Part shown: positions 36,516-49,884 of the stretch, piece after piece
Numbering within the stretch: position 1 is the stretch's first letter
Layout: every line of letters begins with the position of its first letter
Assembly: GCA_002633005.1 (NCBI GenBank)
Contig: NMRA01000491.1
Span: forward strand, 142,809-206,808
Origin: Phoronis australis
Lineage: Eukaryota > Animalia > Phoronida
Direction: 5' to 3'
DNA length: 64,000 bases
Notes under the pieces: model-generated
Told to the model about the DNA's origin: nothing
What the model saw: only the letters and a program-made list of their open reading frames with translations
Database searches by the model: none
Made by a program: the position numbers and the translations under genes

Positions 36516-37347
36516 TTACATGGTGAAAACAAATTTCTCCAAGTGTGTTGCTTTGTTTCGTTATTCGCACGCTACAGATCAGGTGCAATGTGAAATTTGC
36601 ACAAAACATGTATTTTGGAATGGCTGGAAACTTATTGCTAAAATCAGAAACAAGATGGTGCCGTGGCGGCCATTTTCCCTATTTTGGTTGTGGGGGGAGT
36701 CTTAGCTCTGCCTTTTCTGGTGTGATTTTTTTATTTTTCTTTCAGTAGACCATCGAAAGAGCTCTCGCAAGTGTTTTATTAGTTTTTCGCAGTCTTTCTG
36801 TTCTTGAGTTATTTAAAATTTTCCGTGTACTGGTCTCAAATTGAGTTTTTGTGCCATATATTCGAGGTTCCTTGACTTATCTGTCCGAAATTTGGTTTGG
36901 TCATCTTTTCAAGCGCCGTCAGCATTGTGAAAGCCATTTTTTGATGCAAATTACGGTTCTTGTGATATTCAAGATTTATTGCTCAGATGACTGTTCTTTT
37001 CTCTACTACCATTTGTAGCTGCACTTTGTTATCCTATCATATTTGTGCTAGAGATCGCATTTTTCCTCTGATCGACATGAAGTTTAAGTACATTGTTTAC
37101 TTAGTCAAAGGCTCAAGATATTTAAGTTGTTCTTGGGCGAAATTGGACGAAAGATGGTGCTGTGATGGCCATTTCTCGACCAAACCTTTTTTTAAATCCC
37201 GTATGTAAATAGATCTCCCGAGAGGATATCTAGTACGTTGGTGTAATAAGCGTGTGATGTCATGCTTGTTGACGTCCTCAGTTTCATCGTCGATCTCACC
37301 TTTTATTCAATTTCACCAAATGTTACTCTTCAGAGCGTTTTCATTTT
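36516..37347 (+). mobile_element. Older diverged HINE-like copy, opposite orientation to 7414-8639
   Basis: Starts TTACATGGTGAAAACAAATTTCTCCAAGTGTGTTGCT (degenerate 5' hairpin) and ends AATTTCACCAAATGTTACTCTTCAGAGCGTTTTCATTTT (degenerate 3' subTIR and stem-loop). Internal CAAGATGG...GGCGGCCATTTT core. Confidence 0.7.
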
Positions 37348-40047
37348 AAAACCTAAGTTCTGTGAAATTTTATAATTATAGATGTATTGGGCCAAAAGGT
37401 AGTTCTATCAAACCAGTAGCTAAGTATGCAAATCTACGCCCGTCAAATGATAGGTGAAGCTGCTTTCCCGTGCCATGTTGCGTCACTGCAAGATCCCAGC
37501 ACTAACAACAAAAGGCCGATAAAAGTTGTATTGAATAAGGGTCTGAATAGAACACCATTGCATGCGGGTGTTTTTCAGAGCAGTTGGAATTAAAAAGCGA
37601 TTCTCGCGGTGACGTAGACAAAAGCAAGACATTGCGCTTAACAGTTTGTTACATTTGGCAATTTATACTCAGAGCGATGCTCTTAAAATGCTGTAGGGCA
37701 CCAAATTTACAGGTGTTACCCTTCAAGATGGGCTTTAATGTCAATATTAATGTCTGAAAGAGACCTTCCCAATATGAAGAGTTGTTACAACTGACCAAAA
37801 GAGATTATATAGACATTAGACAACAAACGTTCTAGCAACAGTTCACCATGGTCAGTAGACGGTGTGCTGTTTAGATGTTTTCTGTGAAGTAGAAGTCTTA
37901 GTCAAATATTTTGATGTATTCAGTGATGCTTTTGATGTTTTTAAGCTTTATGTTTTGATATCGATATAGCTATTTTGCGCACTTCAGGAATACACGTTTA
38001 TGTAAATTAAATGAGTTTTCTTCATACGGTCGTATAGTATATTCTACATACATTAGTTGTGAACATAGCAGTCTACATGACATTGTTATCTGGGTTCAAT
38101 GGCATGAAAGTTCTAACCTAGACCACTGTACATGACTGAAGACAACCGACTCTCCAGTCCAGTAACAGTTTGCCATTGCCAATAGATGGCGCTGTTTGTC
38201 AACCTGATCTCTAGCATGAGCCTGTTACTTCCTCTCCTAATCTCAATTGTGCTATGACATTTTCTTGAACTTTCACCGTTAATGACAGTTAGAAGTTTCA
38301 TAATCCATCCTATTGCTTTGGTTGTCGGTTGTCTCCAGTCTTTACTCCACCTGGTGGAAGATTTTTTAATCTCAACACGTTCAACAAAATGTGTGTAACG
38401 CACATGTACCGTATGTTTGAGCTTTTAACTTCCCACTTTAAAAACCCCAAGCAGCGCCAGCTAGGTAAAGGAAAAATCGGAAACTTCAAAAGGTAATAGA
38501 ACAAGTGTATCTCCCCACTGAACCTAATAATGAATGCCATTTGGTTCATGTCGTACGTAATTAGGACTACTAACTTGCCACTTGCATTCTAAGACATTAA
38601 ATGAATTTTTCTGAAGATGGCACTGCACTAATATAAGCTGAAGTAAGGTAAAATGGTGAAACGTCCATAAGTTAGATCCCACAAGACGATCAAATTTTAT
38701 CCGAAGGTGCACTAACCAGAACTTGCCCAATTTAAGCCAAGCTCTGACTTGCACGTGTCCAACTAACGCTTTTATGTTGAGGACGCTAGTTGTTGGTCTT
38801 TCACAAACACCTGTACACACAACCGGCCTACTTGCAGAATGATAAAAATCATAAGCAAAAAGTATCATAGCACGAGTTAGAACAGTTTAAGCTTCAAATC
38901 TCATTTAAACAATTAACTGTTGCATATCGAATTCCTACCATTAACATCAATTTGATGGGTAACAATTATCAAAAATGACCACTGAATAGTTTTAAGCAAT
39001 GTATCCCTCACTTGAGTAGTCTGACTGCCTGAACTTCACGCTAATGTATTTCTGTATAAAATGGAACATAAAATCATATTTTCAAAGGCAAGCACATATT
39101 TCTCATTAACAACGGACACAGGTGGTATTGCACAAACAATCAATAGAGGTCACTACCATGCAACATTGTCTCCATCATTTCTACCTAGTAATTTCAATGT
39201 TGCACAACGCTCGATTGGTTAACATCTGAGAGGCCTCTAGTTTCATGTAGAAAAGTAACAACCTGGAGTCTCTAACTCCTTGCAGGCCAGCTATTGTTCA
39301 AATTAAAACGAGTATTGTTGAATGGAAGTTAACAAGACGGTTATATCATGTCCAAGCAATACCACCTCATCACAACCACATCTATGCTTTGAATGTAACA
39401 GTTAAGAATAACATACAGTTGGTAAAAATCTGATCTTTTCCTTAAAAATATTACGTAAAATATCCATCATTCATTCTTTATATACATTATATACAATGTA
39501 ACTATTTACAGTAAAACGCCCACGTTCACGCTGTCTTAACATCCCCAAACTAAAGACGTTTTCAGGTCTGAGAGAGCTTAAACAGCCAGCTTATAATACA
39601 AATCTCCTTGTACACTGTGTGCATTGACACAAAGTTTCTATCAGAACACTCAACAGACACGTCTTTTCCAATTTAGAACAACAGTGGCTGTTGACTTTCT
39701 TCTGTTGCATAAGTCACACACATTTCGTAACTTTTAGCACAATTCCAAGCAAGAAGAAAACCTTGTGTTAAACTAAACACACCGTGGAAAAATTGCACAC
39801 TATACATGGGAGCTTCCCACCAAAACGGGGCAGTTTGAGTTAGGAGATGTTAGGTATAGCTTTAAAAACATTCGAAGTATTAAGTTGTAATAAAAAAACA
39901 CTCCTAACTGGAAAGGTTATGTGGTGCACTTCCGCACCAAATACTGAGAAGTCATCTCATCACAATGATCTCTCTGTTTAGATTACATTGACCAATAACC
40001 AGAGGACTTGCTTCACTTGGCTATCACAGCTACCAATCAGGAGCCTT

Positions 40048-40284
40048 CTAGCTCATGTTGATGTCATCGTCCAGATGATTGACAGGTGATGACAGCATGG
40101 GGTCTGCTGTGATTGGTGAGTCCTCATACAGAATGTCTTCGAGAGTCCGCATGTGCATTTGCGCTGGCGACTCCTGCTTGACTGTGACCTGGGTCTGGGT
40201 CATCTGAGGGTTGACAGGGGTCAGCAGACTCTGGCTGGTAGGGGGTGTGTTAATACCGTTAGCTTTCATCATCATTTCAAGTTG
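40048..40284 (-). CDS. MITF: MiT/TFE bHLH-ZIP factor, last coding exon
   Basis: tttcag|CAA. QLEMMMKANG...LEDILYEDSPITADPMLSSP...* matches MITF ELEMQARAHG and LEDILMDD...DPLLSS. Confidence 0.92.
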   Translation of the reverse strand, partial: QLEMMMKANGINTPPTSQSLLTPVNPQMTQTQVTVKQESPAQMHMRTLEDILYEDSPITADPMLSSPVNHLDDDINMS

Positions 40285-40770
40285 CTGAAATAGCAAAGAA
40301 ACAAGGGTAAACATTTAAGAAACCACGAAAGCCAACTCGGTGTCCAATGAACCACCAAATGGTTCTCAAAACCACTAAAATACAGACCAATGACATCCAC
40401 CCCTTGACACATGAAATCTGAAATTTTACTCCAAGTGTACTGCAAAACAAGTCAAATAACAAGTCGAATCTTGAGTAAAGTCTAGTGGCCTCATGACCAG
40501 GAGTTTTAGACTACAGAAGAACTTAACACTAGAAATATCAGAAACTATGTAAACAAAAAAAGTTCTACAGAAAAGTACTTTCAGTGTCAGGGAATGTTGA
40601 AGAATAAAAAGACGAACTTTCCAAGTTAGAAGGCCTTAAATATGTCGTGCAAATTACAAAGATAATACACACGTAAAAACCTATTTTTGCAAGTATAAGC
40701 TTCACTGAATATCATATATGTTCCAGAAAATTCAGCTTTACATCTGGAGGCGGGAGGGAGTGTTGTATAC

Positions 40771-40918
40771 CTGGAGCCTCAGCATCATCATTCTGTTGGT
40801 GTTCTCCAAAGCACGGTGTTTGTCCTCCATTTGACGCATGCGATCTTGGTCTTTACGAAGTTTTCTAATGTAGTCCACCGACGCCTTCAAGATGGTACCC
40901 TTGTTCTGCCGGAAATCC
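40771..40918 (-). CDS. MITF: MiT/TFE bHLH-ZIP factor, helix 2 / leucine-zipper exon (148 nt)
   Basis: ttcag|G...CAG|gtatac. Encodes DFRQNKGTILKASVDYIRKLRKDQDRMRQMEDKHRALENTNRMMMLRLQ. Confidence 0.97.
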
Positions 40919-42057
40919 CTGAAGAATGCAACACGTTACTTACACTCACTTCACCGTGCGTCGGCCATGTTTAGCGGCTACTCATAACTTATTTTCATTT
41001 TCCCTTAGTTTTCCATCATAAAATATTCACATTCCATCAGTTATTTTTGCTACAAGAAGTAGACAAATGTGCAATATCATAAAATTCTTAAACCGGCGTG
41101 GAAATGTATATCGCTAACATTTTAAGTTGGGTGAGCACGCCACCTGTGGTAACATCACGTGACCTAATGAATATAAGTGTGGAAAGATCTCTGCCCAAAC
41201 CGTAGACAAATGGTAATTTTCAGCAACCAGTGTAATCAGCCACAACTGAACGCATGATCCTCACTTCCAAAATCAACAGAGAATTTTAATGCACAAATTG
41301 TCCAAGAGTTTCCAAACATGAAAAATATTTTTTCCATGTTATCCAAGATGAGTGGAGCCAACACCAATCCACTTTTATTTTCACACAGTGTTTCCCAGAC
41401 CTCCATGTTTCTTGAAATTGCTAATCTCCTTTTTTCCTTTCTCAGTTGGACCAGAATTGCTTGGAATTGAAGCTAAACAGGATCTTACAGGTTTTCACAA
41501 AAAACGTTTTTTTTTTCCAAAACACGTTGTTGTCATGGACAGTTGAATGGCAATGTTTTAGATTTTTCTAGGGCCATTGATTAAACTTTTCTATGATTAT
41601 TGTTGGAGAAAGCAAGATCACATGGCCATGGGGATTTTTTGAAATCTGATCAAAGATCATGATTTGTTTAGATGAAAAAAAAATGACTTTGAACTTAAAC
41701 ACTGCATTACTTAGCCAAGTGAAGACTCATCACGTTCATCACCAGGTGGCTCTGATCATCGTTTGCATCATTCTCACACAACTACATTATTGATATGCCG
41801 ACAGATAGTAAACAATAAGCAAAAAAACACAAACTGTTCAAACTTTCAATCCACTTTAAGTCTCTCCATAACAAATACACACAAGATTGAGAAAAATGAA
41901 TTAAAAATTCCTTTTTCAATATTCTTTCAAAACAACGGTGTTTATATTCAAGCACTAAGAACGGTTAAAAACCACAGGAAGACAACACTATTGTTACAAT
42001 TTCTGATTAACTTCAATGCAAAATTTTAAAATATTAGCACCCCCCGAAATATTAGTG

Positions 42058-42118
42058 TTTGAGCCTGGGTCTCCCAAGCAATAGTTTGGTGCTCAAACTA
42101 CTGAGCCGCGCTATCTCC
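42058..42118 (-). mobile_element. Degenerate tRNA-derived SINE head
   Basis: Minus strand CGGCTCAGTAG (A-box-like) ... GGGAGACCCAGGCTCAAAC (B-box-like). Similar to 45750-45811. Confidence 0.35.
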
Positions 42119-42176
42119 TCTATACAAGATCACGACTACAAAATCAATACATCAATAACTTTGAGCGGATACGTAC

Positions 42177-42252
42177 GGGTCATTAGTCTTAGGCAGGAGA
42201 GTTCCCAGTTCTTTAATTCGGTCATTTATGTTGAATCTTCGCCGTCTTTCAA
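42177..42252 (-). CDS. MITF: MiT/TFE bHLH-ZIP factor, basic / helix 1 exon (76 nt)
   Basis: ttcag|TT GAA...GAC CC|gtacgt. Encodes (I)[24 protein letters not shown](P), the MiT signature. Confidence 0.97.
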
Positions 42253-43868
42253 CTGAAACAAAAGAAGGCATTGGTAGTACAAAACTGATGAAAATTTTCC
42301 CAACACAACCACAACCTCAAATATGTTCAAGTTTCAGATTTATTAATTTTACACACTAACAAAGCATGAATTTTCATAATCAAACTTGTATGCAGGTCAT
42401 TAATAACACAATCCCAAAATATCAGGGTACTGTCAGAGGAAATAGTTTTAAATGCAGAACTGCAGGCAGTTAAAGTAACAAAATAATATATTCAATGCCA
42501 CCACTGGTTCATTGGGGCTAACAGTGTACATAAGCCCGCGTTTGTTTGGGACCAAACCTGTGTATGTGAAGCTTCAGTGATATTCAGAATTAGGCATATT
42601 TGGCTACATGCGAAACGTTTGAGCAAGAACCAAAGAGAGATTTAAGATAAAATGCGAGTGGAAGTTCAACATTAACTATTTAATACATGAAAAGTACAGA
42701 AAACAGACAAAAATCCCATAGAAAATACACGAATTACGACAGGCAGATGTACATCTGCACCAGTAAGACAGTGAAGGTTCATACGCAAGAGCCTACGCGC
42801 GTAAAAAAATATTTTTGAAAACACTATTTTGGATACAGGAACATGGCCTGAACTGAACATATACAGTGCTTATTTGTCGTGGACAACTCGACATATGGCA
42901 CTGTCAGAACAAATTGACGAATAACTTTCGCACCATCTCCAATGAAATAGTTGAATAAATTGCAGTTCATCAGAGGAACCATTTAACGATCTGCAGTTGA
43001 GCAACATCAAAAACACCAGCATGGAATACAGGTGTACATGACACAAAAGATACGCCAGGACAGTGGTAATGCACAGTCTTAGTCAAATCAAGTGCACTGA
43101 AATCTCATTCTCAGTGTGGGCACATTTAGCTTTAGTGACACTGATCAAAGTGACTGATGGTCACATCAGTATCCTCTATTAATATACACTGTCTTCATTT
43201 TAGCTACGGTAGCTGTCTAAAGTATACAAATGCACGGTCATATGAAAAATCAGTCCACAAAGGTTTTGTCTGCTATTTCGAGAACCTGAAAAAAGTGTTT
43301 TTAAGTTAAATTTATCTCAATAGTCGGCTTATTTTATGATACGATTTCACTAATCTGATGACTATTTAACAAGCATGGTTTAAGCTACTTTTGAGATAAG
43401 AGAAAATATTACTTCCTCCAAATCTGAATTTTGATGGCAATAATTTATAAAATCAGACTGCTGGTAGATGCGTTCTTAATGCAGACTGCACACCAAAAGT
43501 ATTTTGTCAAAATGACCATTTCCCTGTAATGACAGCAAATTCTTATACATGAAACCTGACTAGCAGTGACCCATCATTTTGGCAAAATCTTATCTACAAA
43601 GTATCATTTTCACTTTGTTAGCTTTCCCGTGCAGTGCTCATCATTTCGCGTCACAATGGACGGCTGCTACGACAGTCAATATTCATTTGTTCATTTGTTC
43701 ACTTCCTTTAAACTGGAAATTGCAAGTCATCATATCCGATGGCGGGTATTGCAGATGGTAATGCATATTTATGAAAAGGAAGACGATTCATAAATTAAAT
43801 TTTCACACTTCCCAAAAACCTTAAAATGAAAGATTGCTCAGCACAAAGAGAACGTTTTACCCCAAATG

Positions 43869-44049
43869 CACATCCTGACAGACACAACCAGCTCACACAA
43901 GTATTATTGGGATCACATCCTGACAGACACAACCATCTCACACAAGTATTATTGGGATCACATCCTGACAGACACAACCATCTCACACAAGTATTATTGG
44001 GATCACATCCTGACAGACACAACCAGCTCACACAAGTATTATTGGGATC
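43869..44049. repeat. 45-bp tandem repeat, 4 copies
   Basis: CACATCCTGACAGACACAACCA[G/T]CTCACACAAGTATTATTGGGAT x4, intronic. Confidence 0.95.
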
Positions 44050-44130
44050 TTCACCTATATGAGACTATCACACTACCACATTTATTTTGAAGATTTAGCT
44101 TAACACACGCCTCGTAAATGTACAACTCAC

Positions 44131-44308
44131 TCATGTTATGACTGTCTTTCTTTTGTCTGTCTTTGGCCCACATCCTCATCTCTTCTTCACTCACGAACGG
44201 CGACGGCTCAGGTTTGACGGTAAGGTTGGCTGGGCAAGAGGTGGAGCTGTTGGTTGGGGTGGTGCTGCCGTCGAATACTCGCATGTGACTGTTACCGTTG
44301 TGGGGAAG
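44131..44308 (-). CDS. MITF: MiT/TFE bHLH-ZIP factor, exon with the 14-3-3 site and start of the basic region
   Basis: ttcag|CTT...ATG A|gtgagt. Encodes LPHNGNSHMRVFDGSTTPTNSSTSCPANLTVKPEPSPFVSEEEMRMWAKDRQKKDSHNM. SCPA corresponds to the TFEB S211 / MITF S173 motif, and KDRQKKDSHN is the basic region. Confidence 0.95.
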
Positions 44309-45394
44309 CTGAAGAATGAGACAGGGCTATAATGTATACGAGGTGATATTAGCGAAGGCACATAGTACACGCATACTGTGGGGGAGAGGGATGAGGGATA
44401 CAGGTTAATATTACCTCCAGCATGACTAGGGTTACAGCGGCTCATTATGTTCTGACATGGATACCATAGCAACCGCCAGTGAATATCAATCAGAGCATAA
44501 GAATGTATGGACTCCACTGTAAAGATGTTAGGAAACAATGCAAGTTGAAACACTGATGGGCATGCCTGATATCAAGCTACAAATAACAATGACCTTTGAC
44601 ACAGGTCAGAATATAGAGGGCTAAACAGGAACAACTCAGTTTATTCTGAAAACCTGTCAGGGTTCAGGGACAGGGGGCATCATTTTATGTTTTGACAGCC
44701 TCACACAGTGTCTTGGAGACCATGTTTGACTGTTGCAATTGTCTGCTCAGACAAGAATAATTTACCTACTTCCAGCATAATGTAATATAATTGCTCGAGA
44801 GCTTGATGACTTATTCCAGGCAACTGACTACCTCATCCACCAATGGTCTCATTTCATCAAATATCTAATTTTCAAATCCTTGATGATCACAGAAAAGAAT
44901 TATATGAATGAAAATAATGTCCTGCAGACGATCCAATTCACACGATTATATATTTTCATAACCCTAATACTTCACGGTCATGCAGAATAAAGTAACTTAC
45001 AGACTAGCAAATTCTGTTTCAGTAAATTACCACATGCAATGATGAGTCTGGGATCTTAGCATAAGAATTTGTCTTCTACAATGAAGATCGTCTTCAGCAC
45101 CTTGTGAAAAGTGCACAACGAAACGAAACGGTTTCCGTTCCAAGATAAGAACTAATATCCAAATGTCATGCCATGATTACAGGTTCCAGGTCAGTTCATA
45201 CGTAAAAACTGCCTAACAAAAGGAGCAAGGTCGACAGATGAACAGATGTCAACCCGTACCAGCGCCCTTAGCTACAACTGACACAGCTGAATATGGAAGC
45301 CCTAACCACCATTTACATGTAGGCTGAACTAAATTGAAACACCTGGAGTTTCAGTAATTAACTTTCATCTGGGAGAGTATAAAGTCAAGTCATA

Positions 45395-45609
45395 TAAACG
45401 CTTTTTTAAATGAAAACAAAATGGCTGCCACATCCGCCATCTTGGATCCGATTGTGACGTAAAACAACAGGCTTCCAGTGCTTCCAAAACTACGTGTTAT
45501 GAGTAAATTTGTGATGATTGGACGAAAATTGCAACCTGTATCGTGCGAACAAAAAAAAAACCTTAGTGACAGAGCAACATACTTGGCGAAATTTATTTCA
45601 CCAAGTAAA
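45395..45609 (-). mobile_element. Truncated HINE-like fragment (5' hairpin end)
   Basis: Matches 8400-8639, including TACTTGGCGAAATTTATTTCACCAAGTA. Confidence 0.8.
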
Positions 45610-45749
45610 AACAATAATTATTAGCACAGCCTCAGAAATCGCTTTCGCATTATTGGCAGATTTTCATTCACTCCTTTGCACATATTCACTAGTAAGACAA
45701 AGCTCAAAGGAGTGAGACACTTCAAGTGTATTGACTGCCAATAAAGCCA

Positions 45750-45811
45750 GGATTTGAACCAGAGTCTCCCAAATGTCAGCATAGTGCTCTAACCACTGTG
45801 ACACACTGCCT
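45750..45811 (-). mobile_element. tRNA-derived SINE head or tRNA pseudogene fragment
   Basis: Minus strand TGTCACAGTGGTTAGAGCA (A box) ... GGTTCAAATCC (B box). No intact cloverleaf. Confidence 0.5.
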
Positions 45812-45879
45812 TCACATAAACACTTACTTTGTCATTTTTAAAAACTTAGATAAACACCCAAAGGCTCAATCCAAAAAGT

Positions 45880-47784
45880 GTAAATAAAAGACAATATCTG
45901 GAAGACAAAAAATCTTACTTTGCATAGGGAAATCCTGAAGATAACAATTCTCCTCAGAACGAATAAAATCGATCAGAAATTATCAATAGCCCAACTGTGT
46001 TCGTAACAGGTGTGCGTATCAATGAATATTACCTGTGCTCATCGAGGGGGTAAATTTTGTTATCAAAAATATTATGATCAGTAAATAAGGCCATTTTTCA
46101 TCGGTCTCCCTCAGCCGAATGTCTATAGACTGAAGAATTAAATTATTTGCAATTACCAGTGACTATTTCAACTCATATGAAAGTACTGATAAGAATGTGA
46201 AACATACTGACAGCAGGTAGCACAAGCCACAGTCACAGGTCACCGAACACAGGGAGACTTCAACAGACAAGGATGTCATCATCGAATATTCATGTACAAA
46301 ACAATTTGAAACATTACATGTTTTCACCACGCAATGCGCAGAGTGACAGTAATACCATCTACATTAAGGCAGAGTGAATCACAGAGTCGCAATCTGACAG
46401 AATCTTCACTTAAGGAGCACAGTTGGAAAAATGTTTTCTAACACTTTGAGATCCTATCCCTCACATTGAAATACAATAAGAATAATTTAATTAAGAAAAT
46501 GAAACTGAATGGCACCTAAAATTACAGATTCTGAAATGCTTTCACAAAAAAGCTATACACTCCTTAGAAATTTTTAATCTTTTTACACCTTTTCCCGACA
46601 AGATTCAGATAAGAAATTTGAGAAGAAACCTTTGGAACAAGATTGCAAATAAAACTAACAGAGTTACCTATTAAAATTATTCAACATTTTCCTGCATTTC
46701 AGACTAGTGTAGATACACTAGCCATAGTTATTGTAATCCCAATCTACAGTAAATGTTTCGCTATGTGTACATACGGCCTGCGACCAGCATTCTCATGGCT
46801 AAGTACTGACATACACATAGTTAACTTCAACNGTAAATATAAGACAATATCTGGAAGAAAAAATCTTACTTTGTATTGGGAAATCCTGAAGACAGCAATT
46901 CTTCTCAGAAAGAATAAAATCGATCAGAAATTATCAATAACCCAACTGTGTTCGTAACAGGTGTACATATCAATGAATATTATCGGTGCTCATCGAGGGG
47001 GTAAATTTTGTTATCAAAAATATTATGATCAGTAAATAAGGCCATTTCTCATCGCTCTCCCTGGGCCGAATGTCTATAGACTGAAGAATTAAATTATTTG
47101 CAATTACCAGTGTCTTTTTCAACCCATTTGAAAGTGCTGATAAAAATGTGAAACAGATACTGACAGCAAGTAGCACAAGCCACAGTTACAGGTCACCGAA
47201 CACAGGGAGACTTCAACAGACAAGGATGTCATCATCGAATATTCATGTACAAAACAATTTGAAACATTACATGTTTTCACCACGCAATGCGCAGAGTGTC
47301 AGTAATATCATCTATATTAAGGCAGAATGAATCACAGAGTCGCAATCTGACGGAATCTTCACTTAAGGAGCACAGTTGGAAAAATGTTTTCTAACACTTT
47401 GAGATCCTATCCCTCACATTGAAATACAATAAGAATAATTTAATTAAGAAAATGAAACTGAATGGCACCTAAAATTACAGATTCTGAAATGCTTTCACAA
47501 AAAAGCTATACTCTCCTTAGAAATTTTTAATCTTTTTAAACCTTTTCCCGACAAGATTCAGATAAGAAATTTGAGAAGAAACCTTTGGAACAAGATTGCA
47601 AATAAAACTAACAGAGTTACCTATTAAAATTATTGAAGATTTTCCTGCATTTCAGAATAGTGTAGATACACTAGCCACAGTTATTATAATCCCAACCTAC
47701 AGTAAATGTTTCACTATGTGTACCTACGACCTGCGACCAGCATTCTCATGGCTAAGTACTGACATACACATAGTTAACTTCAAC
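45880..47784. repeat. ~950-bp direct tandem duplication joined by a single N (46832)
   Basis: 45880-46831 and 46833-47784 are collinear, differing by scattered substitutions and small indels. Confidence 0.92.
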
Positions 47785-48697
47785 ACCGTGAGATCAAGGG
47801 CACATTTCCACAGAAATAAGTTTGCTTTTTTTCCAAAAATTTGTCGAGCTACTTTTTCCTCTAAAATTAGTTGATCTCCTGAGCATTTAATGAATAATAC
47901 TTCAGTTCCATTGTCTCAAATCTTTAGCAGTAGTGACACTTAAGTGGAAACATTTCTAAATATCACACGAATTGTAATCAAATAACTTAAAAAATGTGTA
48001 AAATCTGTCTCTTGTTAACTGCAGTGGTCTTCCTGTTCAACTGTCTGATAATTACAGAACATTGCAGTACATGTAAGCTTAGCTTATATCACCAGCATCT
48101 TGAAAAACATTCAAAGGTTGAAGCCAAAAAAATCTAAACAGAAGTGGTTCTTGCATGCAGAGTAGTATGGCTGAGTCAAAAGCAAAATCTAATCAAATCC
48201 TCGACTAGAGAAAAACTTGCCATTCTAACGGACACATTTTACCAAATTTCATAAGTCCAATGCAAGAACAGTGACGAATTACTCATACAAGTCTTAAAGT
48301 GACAAATTTTTAATTTGTTTTCAAGACTTTTAAACTCAGACACAAACCATTATTGTGACCTCTGACACGACTACCACTAATAGTGTGCTCACATGTGACC
48401 TTTGACCTCACAGCTTTGAACGGAGTGCTCACAGGGTTAGGCAAGTAGAAATGAGACAAAGTAATATCAGAAAAAAGAATAAGAACAGAAGGTTGGTTCA
48501 TGACGTCAAAAGTTGACCTATGTCAAATATGGCAAGGATCTTTAACACTGGTTTGGACCACTGACCTGGTGAAGGTCCCTAAATGTGGCGAAAGGTGTGT
48601 AGCCTAAACCTAATCCCAAGCCCTGCGCTGCCTGCATGGAGTTACAGCCTTGTGTCAGCTTACAGTCTTGTAAACAAAGTAAGATATCAGTACTCAC

Positions 48698-48805
48698 CGT
48701 CTGTGACATTTGTGAGAAAGTTGGCTCAATCATCTGCAGGTCGCTGTCGATCTTAGAGGGGTCAACACTCTCCAGTGTGATAAAGTCAGTCAAGAAATCA
48801 TCCGT
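48698..48805 (-). CDS. MITF: MiT/TFE factor, acidic activation-domain exon (108 nt)
   Basis: ttcag|ACG...ACG|gtgagt. Encodes TDDFLTDFITLESVDPSKIDSDLQMIEPTFSQMSQT (cf. MDDVIDDIISLES). Phases 0/0. Confidence 0.92.
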
Positions 48806-49540
48806 CTGAAGACAAAACAATGTTACGGTTAACGAGGACTACTGAGGGGAGATACCCACAAAACGCTGCCACTTGTTGGAGATGAATAATCACTAATTTA
48901 CTCACAACTCATCTGACAGTGCAGGTTCTCCAATGTGTTCACCACCATCAGCCAACAGGGACACTGATGCACCAGCCAAGATTAGTTGATAATGCTGAGA
49001 CTATCAACAGGATTTACGTACAAACTCAGTTATCACTCGCTCATCTTATACTGTTACTGCACCGTATTGTTTCACTATCACATAATCCAAGGGCATTATC
49101 AACTTTTCACATTTAAAATACAAAGACCATTGGAATTATTCAATAACGAAATGACAATTCTTGCAAATAGATCTCCATGCGAGTACTCAGAATACCATAA
49201 ATCACCAAAACATCCTGACATTTATCTATTTTTCGCTATTGTAAAGAAATCTTTCTTAACGGCATTGTGTGAAACAGTCACCAATTCATGAATGACTTCT
49301 TCTGTAAAAGGCCGATAGAAACTAATTCCTGATAAAATGATGGCTGACAGGCACAGCTGAACAGACAAATTTGCTATATGACCCAGCAAGGTGTTTATTT
49401 ATGTTATGAGATTTCCACGAGTTTTCACACTTGAACAGTTTCCAAATAATATTTTTCATTTTTTTATTTTTTACGGTATAGTTCCTCCATTACTACATAG
49501 TCCAATCAACTACCAGTTTCCGTTTCTACAAAGTACTTAC

Positions 49541-49771
49541 ATCAGAGACACTTGTGGCAGCACTATTCATCCCGACGGACAGAGGACTGTCGGGGTCAGG
49601 CACGCTACTACTGTGGTGACGAGGTGCGCCACTAGAGGCGTTGGTGGTCGTGTTCATCACAGGCAATGACTGTATTGTGGGGTTATGCCCCTGTGACAGG
49701 TACATCTGTATTTGTCGGCGTGCATTCTCTTGCACATGGTACTTGGTAGGGTGCGCTAGTTGTGTGGTCAC
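49541..49771 (-). CDS. MITF: MiT/TFE factor, exon equivalent to vertebrate exon 2 (231 nt)
   Basis: ttcag|GTG...GAT|gtaagt. VTTQLAHPTKYHVQENARRQIQMYLS (cf. [26 protein letters not shown]) and PDSPL (cf. PNSPM, the S73/S142 site). Confidence 0.95.
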
Positions 49772-49884
49772 CTGAATAGGGAGAGACAGTTGTAAACAAT
49801 GCATAGGCAGAGAGAGTTATAAACAATGCATCGCCAGACACCACTGTAAACTTACGTAGTATTATTATGCTTTAAAGTACACAT

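Noticed and set aside
45750-45811. Functional tRNA gene
   Set aside because: A and B boxes are present but the acceptor and anticodon stems do not pair, so it is treated as a SINE or pseudogene fragment.
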